Assembly (NCBI GenBank): GCA_950097015.1
Contig: CATNEN010000029.1
Coordinates: forward strand, 3,782,001 to 3,846,000
Origin: Macrostomum hystrix
Lineage: Eukaryota; Animalia; Platyhelminthes
Reading direction: 5' to 3'
DNA length: 64,000 bases
Part shown: piece after piece, positions 35,002-46,464 of the stretch
How the letters are laid out: every line of letters begins with the position of its first letter
Position numbering within the stretch: position 1 is the first letter of the stretch
Translations under genes and position numbers: made by a program
Notes under the pieces: generated by a model
Told to the model about the DNA's origin: nothing
Databases searched by the model: none
The model's input: the letters and a program-made list of their open reading frames with translations, nothing else

Positions 35002-35483
35002 ATTGTGCCCATGCTGAACCCTGACGGAGTGATCGTTGGCAACTATCGAACCTCGCTGGCTGGTCGCGACCTGAACCGCAACTACCGGCACCCGAGAAAA
35101 GAGACCTTTCCCACCGTGTACTACACGAAGGCCATGTTGGAGACCTTCTCAAAGGAGCGACAGGTGGTCCTGTACTGCGATCTCCACGGCCATTCGCGCA
35201 AATCAAACGTCTTTATGTACGGCTGCGACTCGCAGTACCGCGACGTCGAGCCGCTGAGAGTGAACGCCGTTCGTCTGCGGCTGCAGCCCGAAGCCTTTCT
35301 GAACGAGCGCCTGTTTCCATGGCTGGTGTCGCGCTGCGCCCCCGGCCTGTTCTCCTTCCACGGCTGCCGGTTCAACATCCGACGCAGCAAGGAGGCCACC
35401 GGCCGTGTTGTCATGTGGCGCCAGTTTGACATCGCCAACTCGTTCACAATGGAGGCCACCTTTAGTGGCACCAGTGTGACCGA
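35002..35483 (+). CDS. AGBL2/AGBL3: CCP2/3-like exon 7 (catalytic core)
   Basis: PMLNPDGV, GRDLNR, CDLHGHS (third Zn ligand), SFTMEATF (catalytic Glu); donor GTGAGT at 35484, phase 2. Confidence 0.96.
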
Positions 35484-35559
35484 GTGAGTCGCGGGGATTA
35501 ATAAAAGTTTTTCTTTCCTAATTGTTTAATGCTTCACAAATCAAACAAATAACTTTTAT

Positions 35560-35785
35560 TTACACCTGCCCCAACGGAACAAGATATGCAGCCGACAGCA
35601 CAGCCGCAGCTATTGCGCGGCGCATCTGAAGGCTGCGTACGACTGTTCAGTTCATGGACTGGGGAGGACGCCACACACATCCTCAATTATTTAACAGCTG
35701 GGTGAACAGAGAAATGTAGAGTCAATTGGGAAATTGAACCCCCGACCTTCAAGTCATGATTCCGAAGTAACCACATGGCTACAAC
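35560..35785 (-). mobile_element. tRNA-derived SINE, family A, copy 2 (internally deleted)
   Basis: TTACACCTGCCCCAA end, family A body, GGGAAATTGAACCCCCGACC B-box complement. Confidence 0.8.
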
Positions 35786-36138
35786 CCATTGTTATTGGGA
35801 AACATCAATGTCAAAAAATACAGCAAAGACAGCGAAAAAACAAAAAAACCAGCCAGCAGTCAGTTGTCGGTAGAGTGGCTGCAGAGTGAACAGCAGCCCC
35901 TCCTGAATTGGCTGTGGGTAGTTAGCGACTCGGGCGCAGATGACGCGGTCTGTTAACTAAAGTCCTCGACAACGCAGATAAAGTCGCCTTTATTCAAAAA
36001 GGCCTTCACCCCTAGTTTAATCACCAGATGTTGAATTTAAATACATAAATGGCAAAAAAAGAAAACCTTTTAAACTGCAAAAAGGATGATTTCGAGTTCC
36101 TAAATCTGTTCCTGTTCCTTTCTAAACAACTCCGTCAG

Positions 36139-36353
36139 CGTCGACTCGCGCCACTTCAACATGGAGGACCTGGAGACCATGGGTGGCAGCCTGGCCAGCG
36201 CTCTGTGGCAGTACCGGCAGGTGAAGTCGGACGCCACTCGCCAGTCGCAGGTGGTGGTTGACATGACCTTCGACCTGGTGCTCAGCGTGCTCAACGAGCG
36301 CGGCGTTGATGTCGACCGGCAGCTGAGCCTCTTGGACAAGCGGGCCGCGGAGG
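36139..36353 (+). CDS. AGBL2/AGBL3: CCP2/3-like exon 8
   Basis: RHFNMEDLETMGGSLASALWQY (last helix of the M14 domain); phases 2 to 1 consistent. Confidence 0.88.
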
Positions 36354-36446
36354 GTGAGAACTGGGAAATCTAGGCAAATTGGGAATGAAAAACTGACAGT
36401 TCACGTCCATCTGGGAACGTGATGGGCGCAAGCCACTCGACAAAAA

Positions 36447-36965
36447 TCCCAACCCATCCCAGCTCATCCCAGCCCATCCCAACCCATCCCATCTGATCCA
36501 AACCCATCTCAACCCACCCCAACCCATCCCAACCCGTCCCAACCCGTCCCAACCCATCCCAACCAATCCCATCTCATCCCAACCCATCCCAATCCATCCC
36601 AACACATCCCAACACATCCCAACACATCCCAACCAATCCCATCTCATCCCAACCCGTTCCAACCCATCCCAACCCATCCCAACCCATCCCAATCCATCCC
36701 AACACATCCCAACACATCCCAACCCATCCCGACCCATCCCGACCCATCCCGACCCATCCCGACCCATCCCAACCCATCCCAACGCATCCCAACCCATCCC
36801 AACACATCCCAACCCATCCCAACACATCCCAACACATCCCAACCCATCCCAACCCATCCCAACCCATCCCAACACATCCCAACACATCCCAACCCATCCC
36901 GACCCATCCCGACCCATCCCAACCCATCCCAACGCATCCCAACCCATCCCAACACATCCCAACCC
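36447..36965 (+). repeat. Minisatellite, 10-bp unit AACCCATCCC
   Basis: About 51 units; G-rich on the - strand. Confidence 0.95.
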
Positions 36966-37012
36966 CATTGTTTCAAATCTTCGCTTAGCTGATCAACCTA
37001 ATCTTTCCTCAG

Positions 37013-37247
37013 CAAATCCGGACTCGAAAACAGACGATTTCAATGCCGACAAGGAGTCGACGATGCAGCTGCTGAAGTCGGCGCTTCAGACCGACCGGCG
37101 TCGGGCAGCCCCGGCGCTTCCTGCCAGCGAGGCCAAGGCTGATGGCGCCGCTGTGCGCAGCCTGCTGGACCGGCTGTCGCTGCAGACAATGGGCGACTGC
37201 GCCGGCATTCTGCGCACTCTCGGCATCGAGGGCGCTGAGGAGTCAGA
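37013..37247 (+). CDS. AGBL2/AGBL3: CCP2/3-like exon 9
   Basis: Acceptor CTTTCCTCAG; open frame ANPDSKTDDF...GIEGAEES; donor GTGAGT at 37248. Confidence 0.78.
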
Positions 37248-37587
37248 GTGAGTCTGTTGAGATTATCCACAGCCAGCCGTGAGCACACTTAAGCTGATCG
37301 CTGAGCACACGGATTGATTCGAGGGATATTCATTAATTCTATTGTCTATCGACGGTTATTGAATTTTTTTCGTGCCCTGCAGTTACATTTACTAGCTTGT
37401 AAAATCAAACAAATTTTCGAATTTTAAACCCACGCGAAATTTCCAGCCTATTAAACTCAAGAGGTTGCGAAACAAAGGACCGGGAACTGCATCGTCCATC
37501 CAAAGGATATTAAAAATTCAATAGGATATTAATTAAATTCCAAACCCACCCAAATTTCTTCCCTAGCCGATGCTGTTACCTATTTTT

Positions 37588-37732
37588 TGCACCGAGGTCC
37601 CTGAGTTCGATTCCGCTGCGAGGCCACATTTATTTGGGGCGCAGCCGCGGAGAGAAGGCTTTGGGGCTTGCCGTGCAATTTACGCCCTTGAGGGCCTAAC
37701 TCGAAGGCACAGTGAAGTGTACACTGCCTGAC
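37588..37732 (+). mobile_element. SINE family B partial copy (+), fused to an inverted copy
   Basis: GCACCGAGGTCCCTGAGTTCGATTCC through GTGTACACTGCCTGAC, then an abrupt junction. Confidence 0.85.
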
Positions 37733-38008
37733 AATTCTGCCCATTTCGCTGACTCCTGAGCACACACGCACACAGATACTGTACGCAGGCACACGCTCAA
37801 ACAGGTGTGTACATCTGCCCTGACTTTCTCATCGTCAGGCAGTGTACACTTCACTGTGTCTTGGAGGTTGGCCCTCAAGGGCGTCAATTGCACGACAAGC
37901 CCCAAAGCCTTCTCTCCGCGGCTGCGCCCCAAATAAATGTGGCCTCGCCGTGGAATCGAACCTTAGTGCGAGAGGCAAGTGCGTTAGACCGCTCTGCCAC
38001 TCACCCCC
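37733..38008 (-). mobile_element. SINE family B copy 4 (-), 3'-truncated
   Basis: Head CTCTGCCACTCACCCC complement; hairpin at 37807-37849; lacks tail. Confidence 0.85.
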
Positions 38009-38151
38009 ATCCTTTGGGCTATTCTAGGTCATAACTCCAGTGGCTACCAGTGGCTTGATTGTGTAATCTTAATACCATGATCGACTGCTCATTTCGCACA
38101 AGAAGCACTTGTTATAACGCTCGCATTTCACTTGATAAAAATCCTACCCAG

Positions 38152-38284
38152 CTCAAGCGATTCGGACTCAGAATCGGAGCCGGAGATGCCGCCGGAGCCG
38201 CCCTCGGAAGCTGCCAAGCGGAAGCGGCTGGATCGGCCGGCTGCCACGGTGCAAAAGCGTCGCGACTCAAAAGAGACGGCAATG
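38152..38284 (+). CDS. AGBL2/AGBL3: CCP2/3-like exon 10
   Basis: DSSDSDSESEPEMPP... acidic Ser-rich segment; phases 2 to 0; donor GTGAGC at 38285. Confidence 0.78.
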
Positions 38285-38772
38285 GTGAGCCTCACTAACA
38301 TTTTATAAGACTAGTTCATACTACTCATCGGTGCATGCATTGAGTAGCATGTGCCAAAGGAGGAGAGCAACCGAAATTGCATTGAAAAATTATGAGAAGC
38401 CTTTGCAAACAATGCGATCGGTAATTTACAGTTTGGAAGGCCGGAAGCTGCGAGTAAACCGATACCATCAGAGGCGCCTAGCGAACTGGTAGCTTGCAGA
38501 AGCAGCATGCTGTCCATAGTACGTAAGATGCGGAGCTAGCCTAGGACAAGTTAAACTCCGCAAATTTATCATACGAATCGCGCTTTGCCGAGCTAACTTC
38601 TTTCTAATTCAGCAGCACATGCTATTTTAGCCTTTGGAAGCCCGCACCAGTTAGCACCGTAGTAACAATTTTGCTTCTTTTGAAATAATTTCCACTTGGA
38701 TGCTTAATCTATATCTGTCAATATCATAACTATCAAGGTACGATGGTTTGGCGAATTTAGACTAGCAGAAAT

Positions 38773-38962
38773 GTAATAATTGATTACACCTGCCCCATTG
38801 GGCCAGATGTGCAGCCCACAGCACAGCCGCAGCTATTGCACGGCGCATCTGAAGGCTGCGAACGGCTGTTCAGTCCATGGACTGGGGGGACGCCACACCC
38901 ACCCTCAATTACCCCAGCTAATGCTGGTACCCATTTAACAGCTGGGTGAAATGAAGCAATAA
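38773..38962 (-). mobile_element. SINE family A copy 3 (5'-truncated, no tRNA head)
   Basis: High similarity to the bodies of the 10501 and 59263 copies. Confidence 0.85.
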
Positions 38963-39007
38963 GGAATGTGACGATGCATATGACAGATGCAAGCCATGCT
39001 ATAATAA

Positions 39008-39675
39008 CCCCAACCCATCCCAGCCCATCCCAACTCATCACAACCCATCCCAACCCATTTTAACCCATCCCAACCCATTCCAACCCATTCCAACCCATTC
39101 CAACCCATCCCAACCCATTCCAACCCATTCCAACCCATCCCAACCCATTCCAACCCATTCCAACCCATTCCAACCCATCCCAACCCATTCCAACCCATCC
39201 CAACCCATTCCAACCCAACACAACCCATTCCAACCCATCCCAACAAATGCTAACTCATCCCAACAAATCTCAACAAATCCCAACAAATCCCAACAAATCC
39301 CAACAAATCCTAACAAATCCCAACAAATCCCAACAAATCCCAACCCATCCCAACAAATCCCAACAAATCCCAACAAATCTCAACAGATCCCAACAAATCC
39401 CAACAGATCCCAACGAATCCCAACCCATCACAACCTATCCCAACCCATTCCAACCCATCACAACCCATCCCAACCCATTCCAACCCATCACAACCCATCC
39501 CAACCCATCCCAACCCATTCCAACCCATCACAACCCATCACAACCCATTCCAACCCATCACAACCCATCCCAACCCATCCCAACCCATTCCAACCCATCA
39601 CAACCCATCCCAACCCATCCCAACCCATTCCAACCCATCACAACCCATCACAACCCATTCTGAACCCATCCCAAC
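39008..39675 (+). repeat. Minisatellite, 10-bp units AACCCATCCC/AACCCATTCC/AACAAATCCC
   Basis: About 66 units; same family as the 36447 array. Confidence 0.95.
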
Positions 39676-39804
39676 TCTTTCTTTCACAACCCAACTCAGA
39701 GGGCTTATAATGAGAAGCTTTATCGACTGGGCTAAAATCTGATTAAAACTCATTCTCAGGTCAATATGATGGAGCTACAGGTGATAATATGATATTTTTC
39801 ACAG

Positions 39805-40377
39805 GACGAGGCGGACGACTCTTCAGCGGCGGCGGCTCGCGAGGTATCGGACAGGAGAAAGGTAGCCAACGCAGCTAAATCGCACTATGCTGAATATTTT
39901 AGCCTGGCTCAGGAGGCTTCAGGTACTGGACTGGGGACGGCAGACGATCGCCTCTACAGGCGAGTTAGCTCCATGTACTGGCGACAGCCGCTGCTCAGAT
40001 CCGAATCCCGCTCGCGGAGACGGCTGGAATGTCTGCAGCCGCTGCTGTTCAGCGGCGCTGAAGCTGGCCTCTGCTCCGATGTTGTCAACAGCGTGCGACT
40101 TCCGGCTCTGTGCGGCGGCTTCTTCCGCCAGCAGCAGCAGCCGCAGCCGCCGGTGTCAAGCACAGCTGGCCACAATGTACTGCTGACAATCCAGGGCAGT
40201 CAGGGAGAGTCTGTGGCGATTCCGTGTCGCGGAGTTCGCTCTGTGGTCTCTGAGCGTCAGTCTCATTGGAGACTCAATAATCCCATGGAGACTCAGAGAC
40301 GCCGTCTGCACGTGCTCAACCTGATGGACTTTTCCAGCCTGTCCTCCTCCAGGTCCTCGCCACGGCCTCCGATTTGA
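39805..40377 (+). CDS. AGBL2/AGBL3: CCP2/3-like exon 11 (long terminal form; a short form may end at donor 39843 or 39861)
   Basis: Acceptor TTTTTCACAG at 39804; frame open for 190 codons to TGA at 40375-40377. Confidence 0.62.
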   Translation, partial: DEADDSSAAAAREVSDRRKVANAAKSHYAEYFSLAQEASGTGLGTADDRLYRRVSSMYWRQPLLRSESRSRRRLECLQPLLFSGAEAGLCSDVVNSVRLPALCGGFFRQQQQPQPPVSSTAGHNVLLTIQGSQGESVAIPCRGVRSVVSERQSHWRLNNPMETQRRRLHVLNLMDFSSLSSSRSSPRPPI

Positions 40378-40709
40378 TTGCAGACGGAATCGTCTGGGCC
40401 GCTTGGTCCGCTCAGGCATTCATTTTCACCGCCGGTCATTCAACTTTTAATTAACTTATTAACGACTCAAACACCGGAAGGATAGCAGTAAGATGATGGG
40501 CATTTCCTTGACCTGTCACGGACGCTAAACAGGCATGCGAGCGACCAGCTGCATTCTTTAATATTCGTGACACACTACTCACAGCCTCCGCATGGATCAT
40601 TTTTTTACTTCCCAAAGTGGATGAGATTGAAATTTAGCCTTCGCATTCAAACCGTCTACTTGAAGTAGGGCGCACGGCATCTACAAACTATCCGCCCTCA
40701 CACCCGCAG

Positions 40710-40838
40710 AAATGGGAGGAATCGAGCAGCAGGGTGCGCATCAAGCAGTACCCCATGTTTGTGAACAAATATGCCAACCGCTCCAACCACGGCATTCCCT
40801 GCTTCTCCGAGGAGAGACTCATACAACGGGCCACCAGA
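40710..40838 (+). CDS. Probable further CCP exon (KWEESSSRVRIKQYPMFVNKYANRSNHGIPCFSEERLIQRATR)
   Basis: Acceptor CACCCGCAG, donor GTGAGC, phase 0-0, protein-like content. Confidence 0.68.
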
Positions 40839-40884
40839 GTGAGCACTTGACTGCTTATCTCTACTCCTGCTGCTCCTGTCACAC

Positions 40885-41470
40885 TACTTCTCTTTCTTCT
40901 TCTCCTCCTTCTCCTCTTCTTGATGTTCCTCCTCCTTCTCCTCCTTCTCATTCTCATTCTCCTCCCCCTCTTTCCCCTTATTCTCCTCCTTCTCCTCCTT
41001 CTCTTTCCCCTCATTCTCCTCCTTCTCCTCCTTCTCTTTCCCCTCATTCTCCTCCTTCTCCTCCTTCTCTTTCCCCTCATTCTCCTCCTTCTCCTCCTTC
41101 TCCCTTTCTCCCCCTCCTTCTCCTCCTCCTTCTCTTCCTCCTACTCCTCCTCATGTTCCACCTCCTTCTCCTCATTCTCCTTCTCCTCCTCCTACTCCTC
41201 CTCCTTCTCCTCCTCCTCTTTCCCCTCATTCTCCTCCTTCTCCTCCTCCTCTTTCCCCTCATTCTCCTCCTTCTCCTCCTCCTCTTTCCCCTCATTCTTC
41301 TCCTTCTCCTCCTCCTCTTTCCCCTCATTCTCCTCCTTCTCCTCCTCCTCTTTCCCCTCATTCTCCTCCTTCTCCTCTTCCTCTTTCCCTTCATTCTTCT
41401 CCTTCTCCTCCTTCTCGCTTTCTCCTCCTCCTTCTCCCCTTCTCCTCCTCCTTCTTCTCCTCCTTCTCCC
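40885..41470 (+). repeat. Polypyrimidine (CTC/CTT)n tract with a 33-bp period
   Basis: Almost pure C/T strand; unit about TCTTTCCCCTCATTCTCCTCCTTCTCCTCCTCC. Confidence 0.93.
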
Positions 41471-41663
41471 CATTATCTTCCTCTCCTTCCAATCATTCGT
41501 CTTTCTCATTCCATCCTTCTAAACCAGCCTGGCCTAACAATCTCGGTTGAAATGATGCCATTACATTCCTGTTCCGTCTGCAATAACCCTTTCTCCAGCA
41601 GTTTGTCTGCTCGTATGTGAGCAGCGATTAGACCAATCACAAAAAAGCACCCGCTAATTTCAG

Positions 41664-41732
41664 AGAGGCAGCGACGTTTCTACTAAGACTACCCAGCCGG
41701 AGGATCGAAGAGCAGCAGCTGCGCCGGCTGTG
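41664..41732 (+). CDS. Candidate exon (phase 0-0, RGSDVSTKTTQPEDRRAAAAPAV)
   Basis: CTAATTTCAG acceptor and GTGAGC donor; reading frame uncertain. Confidence 0.5.
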
Positions 41733-42604
41733 GTGAGCGTCGACGTTAACTGTTGAATAATCACGCTATTTTCTCCCTAGGGGAAGACCACGGGATATTT
41801 CAAAAACCCTGGTGACCCAAATTGGTTCAATAATCTGAGTCCATCTGTCTTAGGGACCTTTGCTCTCGGCATACAAGTCACCAGGGTCCCCTTACAGGGT
41901 CCCTTCATGTAACCGAAGGCTGAAAGGACTGAAAACTGTCAATATGTCAAAGGACAATGTCAATTTTTTCTGCGACTTATTGACATAGTTCGTGAAGCCG
42001 ACACACTTCCATGAGGAAATTTTGTGAGCAGAAAAATTATGCCAATATTGGTGGAGTTTGCCACCAGACACCCTTCAAGAACGAGAACTGTTGAAAATGA
42101 GGTTTAACATTAACAAGAAATAGAAAAAAACTAACGAGAAATCAGTCTTATGTTTACTTATTAAAATCGTCAATAAAAAAACATTTCCCCACCTGTTCGA
42201 AGGATGCAAATGGCAGAAACATAGCCAGCTGCACACTGCCCATTGTACAGCCATTCTTTTCGGTAAAAGTTTTCACAACTTAACAGGCTATTGACCGCAA
42301 TTTTTAATTGCATGATAAATCCTTGTCACATGACTCACCGCATGAGAACACTTCCTATTAGATCTGTTATTTACTGTTAGTTAGTTCTCGTACAGTTTAT
42401 TTCTTATTGCCAACTTCCTACGTTTAAATGTACAAACCTAGTTTAATGCTGCTTCTAAATGTGCACCAAATTTCAGTATGTAGTACCGATAGAAGGTACT
42501 TTAATTTTTAGTTGAATATCACTTCTTTTTTTCATATGGCTGTAAAACTTATGGCTCTATTTAACTTTCAAGTTCTCATCATCTGTGTACTACTAAATTT
42601 ATTA

Positions 42605-43795
42605 AAGTGCATGGCGGAGTGACACTAAAGTGCATTGTGGAGTGACACTATAGTGCATGGTGCAGTGACACTATAGTGCATGGTGCAGTGACACTAAAGT
42701 GCATGGTGCAGTGACACTATAGTGCATTGTGTAGTGACACTATAGTGCATGGTGCAGTGACACTATAGTGCATGGTGCAGTGACACTATAGTGCATGGTG
42801 CAGTGACACTATAGTGCATGGTGCAGTGACACTATAGTGCATTGTGGAGTGACACTATAGTGCATTGTGGAGTGACACTAAAGTGCATTGTGGAGTGACA
42901 CTATAGTGCATGGCGGAGTGACACTAAAGTGCATGGCGGAGTGACACTATAGTGCATGGCGGAGTGACACTATAGTGCATGGCGGAGTGACACTAAAGTG
43001 CATGACGGAGTGACACTATAGTGCATGGCGGAGTGACACTATAGTGCATGGCGGAGTGACACTAAAGTGCATGGCGGAGTGACACTAAAGTGCATGGCGG
43101 AGTGACACTATAGGGCATGGCGGAGTGACACTAGAGTGCATGGTGCAGTGACACTAAAGTGCATGGTGCAGTGACACTATAGTGCATGGTGCAGTGACAC
43201 TATAGTGCATGGTGCAGTGACACTATAGTGCATGGTGCAGTGACACTATAGTGCATGGTGCAGTGACACTATAGTGCATGGCGGAGTGACACTAAAGTGC
43301 ATGGCGGAGTGACACTATAGTGCATGGCGGAGTGACACTATAGTGCATGACGGAGTGACACTATAGTGCATGACGGAGTGACACTATAGTGCATGGCGGA
43401 GTGACACTATAGTGCATGACGGAGTGACACTATAGTGCATGGCGGAGTGACACTAAAGTGCATGACGGAGTGACACTATAGGGCATGGCGGAGTGACACT
43501 ATAGTGCATGACGGAGTGACACTATAGTGCATGGCGGAGTGACACTAAAGTGCATGACGGAGTGACACTATAGGGCATGGCGGAGTGACACTATAGGGCA
43601 TGGCGGAGTGACACTAGAGTGCATTGTGGAGTGACACTAAAGTGCATTGTGGAGTGACACTAAAGTGCATTGTGGAGTGACACTATAGTGCATGGTGCAA
43701 TGACACTATAGTGCATGGCGGAGTGACACTAAAGTGCATTGTGGAGTGACACTATAGGGCATGGCGGAGTGACACTAGAGTGCATGGCGGAGTGA
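42605..43795 (+). repeat. Minisatellite, 23-bp unit GTGACACTATAGTGCATGGCGGA
   Basis: About 52 units; contains the 10-bp palindrome CACTATAGTG. Confidence 0.96.
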
Positions 43796-43892
43796 GGCAT
43801 GGAGTGAATACCAGAGTGAAACAACGGATTGCTCTAATGCTATGTGCGAACAGTTGCTAACCAATGCATTCTCCTCGAAACAAACCTTGAAG

Positions 43893-44116
43893 TCCGCGGA
43901 GACGTCAGGCACGCTGGCCTCACTGGACGAGCTGCAACGCCGGCTGCGGCGGCTGCTTGAGTCTCAACAGGATGCCGCATTCCAGATTGGAACTGCCTGT
44001 GTGGAGGTCCAGCATTCGGACCGGGACTTCATGGCGCAGCGAATGGCATCGGCGGCCAGACCGTTTCACGCTGCCGGACTGCCACCGTCTAAGAGCCGAC
44101 CGAGGGACAGCAGACA
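43893..44116 (+). CDS. Candidate exon (SAETSGTLASLDELQRRLRRLLESQQ...)
   Basis: GC-rich open frame, coiled-coil-like; phase 0 to 2; donor GTGAGC at 44117. Confidence 0.6.
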
Positions 44117-44200
44117 GTGAGCCCTTCTTGGGATCTCAGTGACGCGTGATCAGACTATACTTTTATCCCTGATCCCGGATGCTTGACCGAAACACTTTAG

Positions 44201-44330
44201 ATCTGGCCAGCAGCCACGTGTGACCTTCAATGTTCCCGCGCCGTGCTCTGACAGCGGACAGCGCCCTTTTGCATCCACCACAATGGCTTCAGCTGAGCCT
44301 TACGCTGCGGATCGGACGAGATCTAACCGG
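44201..44330 (+). CDS. Candidate exon (SGQQPRVTFNVPAP...RTRSNR)
   Basis: Acceptor CACTTTAG, phase 2 matches the previous exon; donor GTGAGT at 44331. Confidence 0.52.
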
Positions 44331-45179
44331 GTGAGTGATTGGGAGATCGCTGCTCAGATCCCATCTCCCATCCCCAAATCTGCTATCCCGAATCTCAGTC
44401 GTGGTTATGTAACCTCTAAATCTCAAATCATTAATGAACTTATCAAAAAATCCCCTAGCGCGTTTTGACTCTCGCACCAATGGCCCTTGGCCCACTACCC
44501 ACGGCGCTAATGCAAATCGTAAAATTTTTATTATTCCAATTTCATTCCCTATTGAGATTTAATTGTAATACATAATTTTTTATTTTGCAGCAATTTGAAA
44601 TCAAGTTAAAAAGAATTACATTTATAAAGAAAATAAGTTATGCAATTCTAGAATACACACACTGCCATCAGCAATCTTCAATTTCTCTTTTTGTTAAAAT
44701 TTCAGCTTCCACTCATCAGGGACAGACAGGGTCCAATGCTCTGACCCTGTAAGACCGCATTCGAAAAAACCCCGGCTCTGTAGCTAAAATCATTTGCACT
44801 ACCCGCCATTTGTTCAGAGCACTTAATAACGAATTAAGCCCAAAGCTTCGTCTGTGATTCACACTCGCGCACACTACTTGCGAAGTAGCATCGATTAGTA
44901 GTCACTGGTGTGCATATTCATGATAGAAATAATGTTAACATCCTCACAAAATCGAAGAAACACCTACGCCATTTTTATAATGGCGGCTTTCGTGACTGAT
45001 GTGCACTTTTGTTCTCATATTTTAACATGATGCTCAACGAATTCTTTCAATACCATTTTTTCTTTGTGGGATTGAAGCATTGTGGCCTTGCATTAAGAGT
45101 ATCGGACACTACTGAAATAATTTATGTCGTTTTAGCAAGACACAATTGACAAAATTGGCCAGATTAGCGCAAAATGGCA

Positions 45180-45372
45180 CAATTGGGACAGGTGTAACAG
45201 ATAAGCAGTATTTAATTAGCACAATATAGCCCAATTGGGACAGGTGTAACAGATAAGCAGTATTTAATTAGCACAATATGACTTAATTGGACAGGTGTAA
45301 CCAATAAGCAGTATTTAATTAGCACAATATAGCCCAATTGGGACAGGTGTAACAGATAAGGTGTATTTAATT
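45180..45372 (+). repeat. About 52-bp unit x4, containing the SINE family A 3'-end motif
   Basis: GCCCAATTGGGACAGGTGTAACAGATAAGCAGTATTTAATTAGCACAATATA repeated. Confidence 0.85.
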
Positions 45373-46464
45373 AGTTTGGTAGCACTTAAATGGCACAAAA
45401 CTTATGTGTGAGTTGTTTGTTTATAAATAGAACTTAAGCATGGGTTTGGCGAGTGTAACTCCTACTTCGGCGGAAAATGGATCAGAACTTTTTTTCGCTC
45501 GTATTCAACGAAAAGTTTCTTAATAGAGACTTGAGATTTTACCGACTCTGCTTAAGGTTCTACTTGTCATGTTAAATCGCAGTCACGCGATTTACTCATC
45601 CCGTTCAAGTTTTTGAGCCTAGCTAATGATTGGTATAACCGGCAGTGCCGAGACCATAACACTATCAACAATTAGACGCCTCTATAAGTTATAACTCGAT
45701 GCCGCTTTTCAGAAAACCCCATTCGGCTTTGCTCCCGGCTCATACTGTACAGCTAATACTGGACAGCAGCAGCAGCAGCAGCAGCAGCAGCCTCAGAGTG
45801 TTGTGTGTTTTCACATTAACGCATTGTTTGGGCCCATTGTTCGATCAAAAACTGCTCTGTGATTGAATTATTTTGTAAAGTCTCATAGTTTCATCAAGAC
45901 ATTTGTTTTGCCTCTTCTTAGAGAAACTTTTTATCTTTATTCTTTATGTTCAAATTTCCACAACAGGTTCTGTACTTAATCTACGAGTACAGAACGTACA
46001 AGAGAAAGTGCAAATTAAAAGTTCAAATGCCGAATCAGTTTTCAAAGTTTTCAGAAAATCAATAGTTCGTGTCTGTACTATTTTTCTATCCCTTTGATCT
46101 CGCTGTCTTCAATCAAATGTACTTTTGACTAACTTGCACCCTTTTTTTCTCTGCGATGCCAGTTGCTTTCCAGGATTTTCTAACAATGAGTGACTTTAAA
46201 CACACCGGTTGGAGTAGCGAATCTGCTGTGACAGCAGCTGTTCATTACGATTGCCTCCTCAAACTAATTGGAATCTCAACCAGTCTTTGTTCTTATCAAT
46301 TTCTGGCTAAGGCTGATCAATGGTCGAATTCAAGCTTAAGTGATGGAGAGATAATGGCCTCAATATTATCTGGGAGATCGAATGGGAAAATTTACTATTC
46401 TAGAGCTGAAATAGAAGTGAGCTGACCTTCAGAAGGATAGGAGATTAAGATAAGGTTTAGGGAC

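Noticed and set aside
40885-41470. Arg/Glu-rich or Leu-rich proteins and an H-DNA element from the polypyrimidine tract
   Set aside because: Translations are low-complexity artefacts; triplex potential is generic and there is nothing locus-specific to support a function
42605-43795. Match to the phage SP6 promoter core GTGACACTATAG (possible vector contamination)
   Set aside because: Lacks the upstream ATTTAG, is part of a naturally diverging 23-bp array, and has no vector sequence nearby
44695-44740. Minus-strand hammerhead core: AUU-GGAC(loop)GUCC-CUGAUGA-GUGGAAGCU-GAAA
   Set aside because: Stem I has 4 bp, but stem II lacks the G-C closing pair and stem III has only 2 consecutive pairs; single copy. 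An in vitro cleavage test would settle it
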